In this document: in pieces, positions 8,801 to 16,851 of the stretch
Position numbering within the stretch: position 1 is the stretch's first letter
How the letters are laid out: each line of letters starts with the position of its first letter
Assembly: GCA_046757025.1 (NCBI GenBank)
Contig: JBHHXN010000091.1
Location: 1-20,302, forward strand
Direction of reading: 5' to 3'
Source of the DNA: a bacterium
Lineage (GTDB): Bacteria; Zhuqueibacterota; Zhuqueibacteria; Oceanimicrobiales; Oceanimicrobiaceae
DNA: 20,302 nucleotides
Position numbers and translations under genes: made by a program
The notes under the pieces: model-generated
The model's input: only the letters and a program-made list of their open reading frames with translations
Told to the model about the DNA's origin: nothing
The model's database searches: none

Positions 8801-11361
8801 CCGTACACAAAAGCGTTTAGGGCTCTGACACGCCAGTAATAGGCAGTGTTAATATCAAGAGAATCCACTTTTTTTGATGAACTGGTAACGCTGGAATCAT
8901 CATAGACGGTAGTTGTGAATAAGGCATCCGTTGCCACTTGCAAATGATATCTTATTGCTCCTGGTACATATTGCCATCTCAAACGCAAAGTTGTTAGCTG
9001 GTTATCGGCGTCATTAGAGGGCGAGGAAAGCAGTGGCGCCGGCGGCGGTACAATTATGGTCGTAAAGCTCCAGACATTCGACCAGTTGCTTTCACCTTCA
9101 AAATACATGGCGCTGACCCGCCAGTAGTATTGTGTACTGTTCTCAAGCTCGGCGATCTGGTAAGAAGTCCCTGTGATCCCACTCTGGTCGACTACTGTCT
9201 GTGAGAAAGTCGGACTTGTTGAGACTTGCAATCTGTATGATGTTGCGCCGCTGGCGGCGTTCCAGCTTAAAGTCGGGCCTGTCGAAAGCTCTGTTGCACC
9301 CTCCAAAGGTGATGAGAGTATGGGTGGGTATAAGGTGAGCCCGCCACCCGTAGTAGTTTTTATTATCGTGCCTTTTTCACCAACAACGTAGCCGTTTTGA
9401 GTATCCACAAAATGAACAGATTGAAGTGATTCGGTTGTACCGCTCTTTTGTAATCCCCAGGTATTTCCTGCGTCAGTCGTCTTTAAGATTGTGCCTTTGT
9501 AGCCAGCAGCCCAGCCTGTTTGTTCATCAGCAAAATAGACGCTGTACAATCTGTTGTCCACGATCTTGTTTGGTTTCCAGTTTGCTCCCCCGTCGACAGT
9601 CTGAAGCATCCCGCTGGAAGCTCCCACAGCAAAACCGTGCATTGAATCAATAAAATAGACAGATTTTAAATTTTCCCAGTCTGTTATTTCAGCCTCCTGC
9701 GGCGTCCACGTAATTCCACCATCGACTGTATGAATAATTGTGCCCTTTTCGCCAACAGCCCAGCCAGTTAAAGGATTGACAAAATAGACTGAATTAAGCT
9801 CTGTGTTTGTACCGCTGGTCTGACTGCTCCAATTTCCCCAGGATGTGCCAGCATTTGTTGTGTGCATTATTTTCCCGTTCTTCCCAACAATCCAGCCGTT
9901 TTGATCATCGACAAAATACACGCAATTTAAGCCCTGAAAAGAAGGCGGTGGCCCAGAGAGATTCTTCCAGTTGATGCCACCATCGATAGTATATCGTATA
10001 TATGGATACCACCCAAAGACCGCGTATCCCTTTTGGTCATTAACAAAAAAAATGGATTCTAAATCTGAGTATGTTCCGAAAGACTGCTCAAACCAGAGCT
10101 CTCCGCCATTGGTGGTGTGCAGCATCTTTCCTCTGTAACCAGCCGCCCAGCCTGTTTGTGAGTCATTGAAATGAACCGTGTTTAGATTGCTGGTCGTGCC
10201 GTTTCCAGACTGCAATATCCACAGGTTCCCAGCGTTATTTGTCTGGAGGATAGTACCATCCAGTCCGACGGCCCAGCCAGCATGGGCGTCTGAGAAATGG
10301 ACAGCATACATGTTGTGTACAGAACGGGTTGCGCTCCAATTGCTTCCGCCATCTTCCGTATGAAAGACCGCGCCATTGGTGCCGACGGCCCAGCCATTGG
10401 TCGCATCATGAAAATAAACGCCATAAAATCTACCTGAATAGGCAAAATTCAACTGTGTCCAGGTCGCGCCACCATCTGCCGTTTTCCATAGAGTATAGCG
10501 GGGATTGTCGATATCGATGTTAGTACCTAACCAGCCGACCTCAATCCTTATTCGAGTGGCTTGCAGGCCTGCCATCCATCCATTCATGGCATCGATAAAT
10601 TGTACATCATATTTCCACACAGTACTGCCTGTTTCGACTAACTCCCAGTTCTCGCCGGCATCTGTCGTTCGGTACATTTTGCTCAGGCTGCCAACCGCAA
10701 TTCCTGTATTTGCATCACTAAATGCTATTGACTCGAAAAAATAGGTTACCTCGGGTGCTTTGAATTTTTCAACCCAGTTTTCACCAGCATCCGTGGTTTT
10801 GTAAATTCGACTGCTGGAAATGGCATAGCCGGTCGTAGCGTCTGTGAAATAGACATCTTTCAACGAATAGAGGTTCGTATCAATAAATTGCCAAGATTCC
10901 CCACCATTAGTCGTTTTCAGGATAGTACCACTGTCTCCCACAATCCACCCTCGGCTTGCATCCAGGAAGAACATGCCGTTCAGGTCACGGGTCGTCCCCG
11001 ATTCGATTTTAATCCAGTTATTGCCCTGATCTGTGGTTTTATAGATCGCGCCGCGATTGCCAATAATGACGGCGGTATTTGCACTGAAGGTATGGACGTC
11101 GTTAAGCGCCTCGCCAATAACGGGCGGGCTCAGACTAATCCATCCATCTCCGGATTGTTGTAGGTATTTTTGATTCGGGATTTTAACTTCAGCCGGATCA
11201 CTCCAAGCCCCAATAACGTTAGCGTTCATCGCATTTAAAGAATTGATATCATCATCTGTCACTTCAACGACAAGTGGTTTCTGGCTAATCTGTCTTTCCT
11301 GGGCTTTTAAGCTGAGACAAAGAGCCAGTACCAACGTCAGGGTGTTTATCATTCTTCTCAT
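5854..11361 (-). CDS. Large secreted protein: YCF48/BNR double beta-propeller + 11 Fn3-like repeats + T9SS type A-like (FlgD-Ig) C-terminal sorting domain
   Basis: Start moved from 11439 to ATG 11361, which has RBS AAGGAG and a signal peptide MRRMINTLTLVLALCLSLKA|Q. There are 14 T-x-D/N-G/A-G-x-x-W-type blades (the last degenerate), 11 repeats ending YYWRVRA.N..G...WS.VW.FTT, and a tail LSQNYPNPFNPQTTIKYQL...WDGKD..G..VASGIYVYRL...KKLTLLR. Confidence 0.9.
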   Translation of the reverse strand: MRRMINTLTLVLALCLSLKAQERQISQKPLVVEVTDDDINSLNAMNANVIGAWSDPAEVKIPNQKYLQQSGDGWISLSPPVIGEALNDVHTFSANTAVIIGNRGAIYKTTDQGNNWIKIESGTTRDLNGMFFLDASRGWIVGDSGTILKTTNGGESWQFIDTNLYSLKDVYFTDATTGYAISSSRIYKTTDAGENWVEKFKAPEVTYFFESIAFSDANTGIAVGSLSKMYRTTDAGENWELVETGSTVWKYDVQFIDAMNGWMAGLQATRIRIEVGWLGTNIDIDNPRYTLWKTADGGATWTQLNFAYSGRFYGVYFHDATNGWAVGTNGAVFHTEDGGSNWSATRSVHNMYAVHFSDAHAGWAVGLDGTILQTNNAGNLWILQSGNGTTSNLNTVHFNDSQTGWAAGYRGKMLHTTNGGELWFEQSFGTYSDLESIFFVNDQKGYAVFGWYPYIRYTIDGGINWKNLSGPPPSFQGLNCVYFVDDQNGWIVGKNGKIMHTTNAGTSWGNWSSQTSGTNTELNSVYFVNPLTGWAVGEKGTIIHTVDGGITWTPQEAEITDWENLKSVYFIDSMHGFAVGASSGMLQTVDGGANWKPNKIVDNRLYSVYFADEQTGWAAGYKGTILKTTDAGNTWGLQKSGTTESLQSVHFVDTQNGYVVGEKGTIIKTTTGGGLTLYPPILSSPLEGATELSTGPTLSWNAASGATSYRLQVSTSPTFSQTVVDQSGITGTSYQIAELENSTQYYWRVSAMYFEGESNWSNVWSFTTIIVPPPAPLLSSPSNDADNQLTTLRLRWQYVPGAIRYHLQVATDALFTTTVYDDSSVTSSSKKVDSLDINTAYYWRVRALNAFVYGSWSNVWSFTTISAAPTAPMLSRPSNGAANQKTTVYLSWHSTTGTESYRLQLAVDSLFTSVVFDDSSMTYSSKRVEALTANTTYFWRVRAKNIIGASPWSSVWTFSTISGAPPAPSLSWPIDGAVNQPTSLYLNWEDSEGAESYRLQLAVDSLFTTLVFDDSSMSYSSKRVEALAANTTYYWRVRAKNIIGASPWSSVWRFSTISGAPPAPSLSWPIDGAVNQPTSLYLNWEDSEGAESYRLQLDTDSLFTTVVFDDSSMRYSNKRVEALAANTTYYWRVRAKNVIGAGPWSVVWRFTTISTAPSAPLLYWPNNGAENQPTNLDLDWGSAEGAETYHLQVATDFAFTAMVFEDSDLSWTGEYVESLAINTTYFWRVRAKNALGASPWSEVWSFTTVSAVPSTPYLDWPDNGAMNQPTNLELEWDGSVGAETYHLQVATDSAFTAMVFDDFSIEYTSEEIGPLAINTTYYWRVKAKNVLGDSPWSAVWRFTTISAAPSTPHLDWPYNGSENQPTTLYLEWDDAEGAESYHLQVATDSVFTAIVFNDSSLTWNNRRVGPLAINTTYYWRVKAKNVLGASPWSDVWSFTTISTVPSAPDLDWPSNGAVSQPINPLLRWEHAEGAENYSLQVATDSVFTAIVFDDSSLTWRNRRVGPLAISTTYYWRVKAKNVLGDSPWSIVWSFTTISAAPIAPKLTSPTNGAVSQSIKPFLRWEQAEGAENYSLQVATDSVFTAIVFDDSSLTWINRRVGPLAINTTYYWRVRAKNILGISQWSNIWRFTTIAGKPNQVSLISPVNFTVIKSDSVRFTWRQGTPAVYKYWFEIAADSLMANAMVDSTLMATDTTKIVRQLNDKHDYWWRVKAKNAAGWGEFSEKRQFRIDITTTVQTNMEVPHKFGLSQNYPNPFNPQTTIKYQLPKAAEVKLTIYNLLGQRVAMLVDKKMPAGFYSIQWDGKDQNGRNVASGIYVYRLQTADFVKAKKLTLLR
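6006..6065. repeat. 60-bp exact direct repeat (copy 1) inside the sorting-domain coding sequence
   Basis: TCGCCACCCGCTGGCC...GCAGCTTTGGGCA is identical to 11686-11745. The offset of 5680 equals the offset between the two stop codons. Confidence 0.9.
6170..9335 (-). repeat. Intragenic tandem array of 11 Fn3-like domains, 288-bp (96-aa) period
   Basis: Identical DNA stretches recur at 288-bp offsets, for example AAAGACTAGTTGGCTGGTTGACGGCGCC at 8121 and 8409, and GAAAACCGAATCGGTCGCGACCTGGAGGG at 6613 and 6901. Boundaries are approximate. Confidence 0.9.
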
Positions 11362-11533
11362 GAGACATCTCCTTTGATTAATGCGTATAATGACAAAGTA
11401 GATTGATTTCGAGTGAGACAATTTCATTTCAATAGACAAGGATCAAGTCTTTTTCCTGCTGAGCAAGCCCTCACTCTTAGTTGGAAAGACTGGAGTCTTT
11501 TTCATTTTTACTGACCGACAGTCTCGATCAAAA

Positions 11534-14500
11534 TCATCTGGTCAAAATCATCTTCCGTGCCTGAGCAAAATCTCCCGCCCTCAAGGCATACACGTAAATT
11601 CCGCTTGCCACACTTCTGCCAGCATCATCTTTGCCATCCCACTGCACCGAGTAAAAGCCCTCAGGCATTTGTTTGTCCACCAGCGTCGCCACCCGCTGGC
11701 CAAGCAGGTTGTAGATGGTGAGTTTCACTTCCGCAGCTTTGGGCAGTTGATATTTGATGGTGGTTTGTGGGTTAAACGGGTTCGGGTAGTTCTGCGATAA
11801 ATCAAAATGTGTGGGCAGTTGGATGGATTCTGCAACCGCGGTCCCCAGTGGGATGGTAAAGCGAAAGATTTCAGTGCTCTGAGCTTGCAACCCAAAGGCA
11901 TCGGTGGATGTGACTTTCCAATAATAGGTGGCGCCTTCGGCTAATCCTTCAGTAAGTGTATAGGTGGTATCTGCAAGTCCAGAGTAGTTGATCGGCTCGG
12001 CAAAGGGCTGATCACTATCGATTTGTAGTGAGTAAAGCAGGCGCTCATTCGGGTCCGAATCGAGGGCTTGATTCCAAATAAACGTTGGCAGCAACGTATC
12101 GATGGTATCTCCATCCGCAGGCGAAAGCAGGCTGAATTCCTGCGGCGCGTGATTGATAAAATTGCCCGCAACGCCGGGACCGCCAAAAGCGCCCATGTCG
12201 TTGCGAATCGTTCCCTGGGATGGCGCCAGAGCGAACCCAACGCGATTGGGATCTTCCACATCATTGTAGCTCACCGCCGGGTTGCCAGCGTCGATGGCCG
12301 GAGAATTTGACTGCAAATGGAAAAGGTCGTTTTCCGGATCGAGGAAATGCGGTGGCGCGGCGATGTTGCCGACCCCATCATAACCTCCTTGTACCAGGCT
12401 GTAATTGAGGGCAGTCGTACTGGAATAACTTGAATAAACTTGCGGGCCATACCGCGCCTCATTTCCCCAAAAAATATTGTTTTCGGCAATCAGTGGATTT
12501 CTACTCTTGTACAATCCACCTCCGCTATTTTGAGCTGAGTTTTTGTAAATGGTGTTGTTGATCAGGCGCAGGGTGTCGCTGGCAAAATAGATACCGGCGC
12601 CCTTTGATGCCGAATTCTCCGTGATGATGTTGTTGAAAATCTCGGCATTTGTGGAGGACAAAGAAATGCCGCCGTTTTGATTTCCTTTTATAAAATTGTT
12701 TTTGATTGCGATTTTTGTCTTCTTAGAAGTGAAACCACCTTTCCTACAATCAAGACCTATACCTCCATTATTGATAATAGTACATCCGCTTACCTCTCCA
12801 GTAGTGCTCTTAAAACAGATGGCATCTTCGGCGTTATTTGAAATGACACTATTTTTTATAATCAGTGTGGACTTATCCCCACACAATGTTGGTCCGGCAT
12901 TGTTTGAAATTCTCGAATTAGCAATGAGAACTGGTGAAGATTTCCATAAATAGATGGCATGCATATCGACTCTGCCAAACACATCATAAATTTTTTGCAT
13001 CTTTTCGATAACACAATAAATGAGTTTACTGGTGTCAGGCGAAGTCGAACTTGGCGAAAAACGAATTCCAAAACCTTCTGAATTTGCAGCATTTCGATGG
13101 CGTGTAAATATTATAGAATCATTTTTTGTGCCAATGGCTTCAAGAGTTCCACGGCCTCCAAATGTAAATGCTCCGTCAAAGCGAATTTCGACACCTGGTT
13201 CAATCTTTAATTTTTTCCCTTCAGGAATTGTCACAGACCCTGACAAGATATAAGGGCTGCCCGATTTCCTCCAGACCCCACTAACCGTGCCTTTTGCGTC
13301 CGTACCATTAATCCCTTCGCCCTGAAGCGTTATCTCCGCCAGGTCCGTACCGTTGAAATCATTACTGTTTATCATTAATTCAGTTCGGTATTTAGCAACA
13401 CCTTGAGGCGTAAAGGTGATTTTCACATTTTCTGATTGATATGGCTCGATTTTAAGGGTGTCATTTTGTGCAACCGAAAAACTTCTGGCTTCATCTATCT
13501 GAAAATCATATAAAGCAACGGGGCTATCGCGATAGTTTTCGATGCGCAAATAGGTTTCTCTGGAACTTCCCTGTGCGACTCTACCGAAATGATATTCAGA
13601 AAAACGGATGTTGAATAAACCACCGCCATAAAATCCCAGGTCGTTTATCGAACCGTCGAAATCATGGAAGAACACATTTGGATTTCCAGCATTGACGCAC
13701 GGTGAGGTATTTTGCAAATGAAAGTCGCGGTTGTTTTTATCAACAAAGAGCGGATCCTCTGAAATATTGAAATATTTATCCGAAGAAACTCCATTCGAAT
13801 TTTGGTAGGTAAATATTCCCAATGAATCTGATGTGGACAGGTTGAAGTCGGGATGGTTATGAGAAACGTTGTTAAACCGAATAGAAAAAAATCGGGCATT
13901 TTGCGCATAGATTCCGCTTTTACGGTTGGCATAAATAATATTATTGATAAATTTTGATCTGGTCAAAAGTTTGTTGCCACAATAGATGCCGGTGCTATCA
14001 TTTTTTACAATCGTATTGTTAACGATTTCGATGCCGGGATTTTCGTAAATTCCAGATATCCTGGCAAAATCAATTCCGGTCAATTCGTTTCCTTCAATCA
14101 GGTTGGTTGAGATTCTGGCGCTGGCAACCAGACCACCTAAACTGATACCGTCACCGCCATTATCGAAAATTTGGTTACCTGATATTTGCACGTAAGAAGG
14201 AATATAATAGGCTCCGCCGCCCGCTGAAACTCCGTCTGAGCCGTTTCGGGCGATGATGTTTTTGACCACGATCACATCGGTTGTATTGGAGCTGACACCC
14301 ATTTGCGTATTGTCAACGATTTCATTTTCAATGATCAGGGGTGAAACCGACAAAGACACAGAAACTCCCGTTCGGTTATTTTTAATCAAATTTCTTTTTA
14401 CCAGAGGAGACGCTAAATAGGTGGAAACGCCCGTGGTATTTTCGATGATGCTATTTTCAATAATGGAATTACCGGCTCCACAAAAAATGCCGGCTCCTTT

Positions 14501-15709
14501 ATTTAAGGTGATCAAATTGTGTTTGAGCAGCAGTTTGCCGCTATCGGTGAAAATACCGCCATTAAAACTTCCGCCGCCGCCGCCATACTGAATGCGCGAA
14601 AATTGTACGGTTGTCCCCTCTGAAATGGATGAATAAAAGCCCAACCCCATCCAATCGCCTGGAGAAGGATTTGCCAGATTTGATGTAAATAGAATGGAAT
14701 CCGTCGGCGTGCCCACCGCCTTGAGTAAACCCAGAACTACAAACTCCACTTTTTCTTCAAATCGAACTTCTACTCCTGGTTCAATCACAAGTGAATCCTC
14801 TTTCACGACTCCTACATTGAGTGGAACAATGTACGGATTTTTTTCTGGCGTCCAGGTGCCGGAAACCGCACCGGCCACCACTGTGCCATCATATTTTCGT
14901 TTTGTCAAAACGATATCGTCCACCAACACCCCTTTGTCAGAAGAAGCGGAGCTGTCGCTTTCAAACAGAAATGCCAGCCAGACTTGCGATTGGCCAGTCA
15001 CATCTCCAGCGCCCGGTACATTCGTAAGCGGTAAAAAATCCTGAGTCCAGGAACCACTCCAGAAGCCGGTTTGACCGCTGACTCCAACACCTGAAAAATT
15101 GTTACCATCAGTTGAAACCATGTAATAAAACCAATCTTTTTCACGTTCCGCGTCTAACCAAAACCAAAAATTCAGCTCCCCATAATTCACATCGCTCAAA
15201 TCGAATGGGCCGTAAACCATCATCGCTTGTAAATTGTTGGGGTAGGATGCGCCCGGTATTTTTGCGCTGTCGCCGCCCGCTGCACACCACACCGAATACT
15301 GGGAATTCCAACGTTTTTGATAATCGGTCTTGCCCCAGGTGGGATTGCCGGAAAGCTGCCAGGCTGTGCCCGGAAACGCCCCTTCAAAATCTTCCACCAG
15401 AATGGTATCGCTGATCGCCTGTCCAGTCGTTTTAGGTTTGAATGAGGAACCCATGTAAACGGGTTGGATATCGGTTCGACTCAAATCCAAACTCACGTCA
15501 ATTCTGACGAAGTCCGATTCGGGCTTTTTCTCATCTTTATTTCGGTTAAGCGGTGGAATGGAGCGGTGCATACCCGTAAATTTAAATCCTTTCGACTGTA
15601 AGTTTTGAATGGCTTCGGTAGATAAGTTCAACTTTTTCTTTTCCCCGGCATAGTTTGGATTGACGAAAATCAACCCGGCCAGGATCGCAATCAATCTCAC
15701 TCGTTCCAT
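11534..15709 (-). CDS. Large secreted protein: jelly-roll/MAM-like domain + two right-handed beta-helix modules + Ig (ASH/choice-of-anchor D-like) + Fn3-like + C-terminal sorting domain
   Basis: RBS GGAGG and a signal peptide. The EDFEG...FDLS...VSTDG...GVLVDDI jelly-roll is followed by I..N.I..N...GI beta-helix rungs. Two modules each start with SG.W....PY...IEPGVE.RF and end with FHLQ..SP...AGNP...D.G.(Y/F)GG. The tail is LSQNYPNPFNP...RKMILTR. Confidence 0.88.
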   Translation of the reverse strand: MERVRLIAILAGLIFVNPNYAGEKKKLNLSTEAIQNLQSKGFKFTGMHRSIPPLNRNKDEKKPESDFVRIDVSLDLSRTDIQPVYMGSSFKPKTTGQAISDTILVEDFEGAFPGTAWQLSGNPTWGKTDYQKRWNSQYSVWCAAGGDSAKIPGASYPNNLQAMMVYGPFDLSDVNYGELNFWFWLDAEREKDWFYYMVSTDGNNFSGVGVSGQTGFWSGSWTQDFLPLTNVPGAGDVTGQSQVWLAFLFESDSSASSDKGVLVDDIVLTKRKYDGTVVAGAVSGTWTPEKNPYIVPLNVGVVKEDSLVIEPGVEVRFEEKVEFVVLGLLKAVGTPTDSILFTSNLANPSPGDWMGLGFYSSISEGTTVQFSRIQYGGGGGSFNGGIFTDSGKLLLKHNLITLNKGAGIFCGAGNSIIENSIIENTTGVSTYLASPLVKRNLIKNNRTGVSVSLSVSPLIIENEIVDNTQMGVSSNTTDVIVVKNIIARNGSDGVSAGGGAYYIPSYVQISGNQIFDNGGDGISLGGLVASARISTNLIEGNELTGIDFARISGIYENPGIEIVNNTIVKNDSTGIYCGNKLLTRSKFINNIIYANRKSGIYAQNARFFSIRFNNVSHNHPDFNLSTSDSLGIFTYQNSNGVSSDKYFNISEDPLFVDKNNRDFHLQNTSPCVNAGNPNVFFHDFDGSINDLGFYGGGLFNIRFSEYHFGRVAQGSSRETYLRIENYRDSPVALYDFQIDEARSFSVAQNDTLKIEPYQSENVKITFTPQGVAKYRTELMINSNDFNGTDLAEITLQGEGINGTDAKGTVSGVWRKSGSPYILSGSVTIPEGKKLKIEPGVEIRFDGAFTFGGRGTLEAIGTKNDSIIFTRHRNAANSEGFGIRFSPSSTSPDTSKLIYCVIEKMQKIYDVFGRVDMHAIYLWKSSPVLIANSRISNNAGPTLCGDKSTLIIKNSVISNNAEDAICFKSTTGEVSGCTIINNGGIGLDCRKGGFTSKKTKIAIKNNFIKGNQNGGISLSSTNAEIFNNIITENSASKGAGIYFASDTLRLINNTIYKNSAQNSGGGLYKSRNPLIAENNIFWGNEARYGPQVYSSYSSTTALNYSLVQGGYDGVGNIAAPPHFLDPENDLFHLQSNSPAIDAGNPAVSYNDVEDPNRVGFALAPSQGTIRNDMGAFGGPGVAGNFINHAPQEFSLLSPADGDTIDTLLPTFIWNQALDSDPNERLLYSLQIDSDQPFAEPINYSGLADTTYTLTEGLAEGATYYWKVTSTDAFGLQAQSTEIFRFTIPLGTAVAESIQLPTHFDLSQNYPNPFNPQTTIKYQLPKAAEVKLTIYNLLGQRVATLVDKQMPEGFYSVQWDGKDDAGRSVASGIYVYALRAGDFAQARKMILTR
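11686..11745. repeat. 60-bp exact direct repeat (copy 2) inside the sorting-domain coding sequence
   Basis: Identical to 6006-6065, with highly similar flanks (about 5948-6110 versus 11628-11790). Confidence 0.9.
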
Positions 15710-15751
15710 GGTATTCCTCCAGAAAAATTGTAACTTGCACTTGACAATTTA

Positions 15752-15786
15752 TTGAAACCGACCCGCTCGAAGAAGGCCGGTTTCAA
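15752..15786 (-). terminator. Stem-loop after the lipoprotein gene (terminator or mRNA-stabilising hairpin)
   Basis: Minus strand TTGAAACCGGCCT...GGGTCGGTTTCAA forms a 13-bp stem with G-U pairs, 20 bp past the stop at 15806. The U tract is weak, so read-through is possible. Confidence 0.55.
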
Positions 15787-15805
15787 ATAATGGATGGCTT
15801 GAAAA

Positions 15806-16099
15806 TCACGGCTGCAAAATCGTCTGATTCGTACCTCCGGACTCGACTTCCACTCTTTGAATACACTCGTTTGCCCCGCAGGTAATACGGAAGCTGACAT
15901 CGTCAAAATCAACCAGTCCAGGGATACATTCATCGAATGCACCTCGGCTGTCATAAAGAACACCTTTGTACTCCCAACTGGTACAACCGACGAGTTTCGG
16001 TTTATCTTTTTTGGCACAGGTTACGAACAAACTGACCACAAACAGACTTGTGATGACGCCAAGCAAAATGACGCGGTTTTTTATGCGGGTGGTTTTCAT
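15806..16099 (-). CDS. Small cysteine-rich putative lipoprotein (97 aa)
   Basis: ATG 16099 is preceded by AAGGAG. It has a basic n-region, a hydrophobic h-region and a lipobox-like FVT|C (Cys28), plus four further Cys in the ~70-aa mature part. Confidence 0.72.
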   Translation of the reverse strand: MKTTRIKNRVILLGVITSLFVVSLFVTCAKKDKPKLVGCTSWEYKGVLYDSRGAFDECIPGLVDFDDVSFRITCGANECIQRVEVESGGTNQTILQP

Positions 16100-16158
16100 T
16101 ATCGCTCTCCTTTTTTGGTGTAGGCTGGTTGCTTGATCAAAACCTAAAACGGCTATTT

Positions 16159-16851
16159 TCAAAATCTACCGATCACGCCTAAATTAAATTCGGTTGGATT
16201 GAAAAAGGCATCGTCGTCGGGCAAATTCAGTCTGAGTTTTCGGACTGAGAGTCTGATGCCGGTATTTTTCGTAAAATAATAGTCCATGCCGCCGCCGTAG
16301 CTCAACATGAGATCGAAATCGATGCGGTCGGCTAACCAACTATTTGATGACGTATTCGAAGAGTCGCCGGACAGCCCCAGTAAAAGAATGACGCCCCAAT
16401 CATCCGCAACGATGTTGGTACCGACGCTGGCCAGTAAAAATGGTTGAAATCGGGAGTCCGGCTGCATCCATTTCAACGGATAGATTGAGAGGCCAACGTC
16501 CAAGTACATGGTTGCGACATTGAGCTGATCGGTGAAGTGTTGTGAACCCGAACCGATATCCACATAGATGTCTCTGAGCAGTGCGCCGAGATTGAAAAAA
16601 CCGTGCAGCCAACCAGATTGGGACAACTGGCCAGACAACCCCAGTACCAGTATTTCGGCATGGGCAGGATAATACAATCGAAAAGGTATGCCCTCCATTG
16701 TGCCAGAATAGGACCCGCCTTGCAGCGACCCGATTGAAAAATAGAGAGCAGAATTACTCGTTTTCTGAGTTGATTGCGCCGGTGGTTGTGCTTGAGTAGA
16801 AACACCGGTCATGACAAGCCAGAACAACAGAAAAATCAATTTTGATTTCAT
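16159..16851 (-). CDS. Outer-membrane beta-barrel protein (OmpA/OmpW-like, probably 8-stranded)
   Basis: RBS GAGGAGG and a signal peptide ending TQA|Q. Amphipathic strands include RFQPFLLASVG, LSYGGGMDYYFTKNTGIRLSVR and FNLGVIGRF, with a C-terminal Phe beta-signal. Confidence 0.82.
   Translation of the reverse strand: MKSKLIFLLFWLVMTGVSTQAQPPAQSTQKTSNSALYFSIGSLQGGSYSGTMEGIPFRLYYPAHAEILVLGLSGQLSQSGWLHGFFNLGALLRDIYVDIGSGSQHFTDQLNVATMYLDVGLSIYPLKWMQPDSRFQPFLLASVGTNIVADDWGVILLLGLSGDSSNTSSNSWLADRIDFDLMLSYGGGMDYYFTKNTGIRLSVRKLRLNLPDDDAFFNPTEFNLGVIGRF

Noticed and set aside
6170..9335. CRISPR array suggested by regular repeats, given a CHAT protease nearby
   Set aside because: The periods are 288 bp (and 396 bp at the right end), in-frame protein domain repeats without a repeat-spacer structure, and there are no cas genes.
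11362..11439. ORF-track N-terminal extensions (11439; likewise 16162 and 347)
   Set aside because: Downstream ATGs at 11361 and 16099 have clear RBSs and begin signal peptides. For the sigma, ATG 431 or 443 fits ECF length better.
5948..11790. Diversity-generating retroelement TR/VR pair suggested by the duplicated 3' ends
   Set aside because: Mismatches are largely synonymous transitions rather than adenine-specific, both copies lie in coding tails, and there is no reverse transcriptase in the window.
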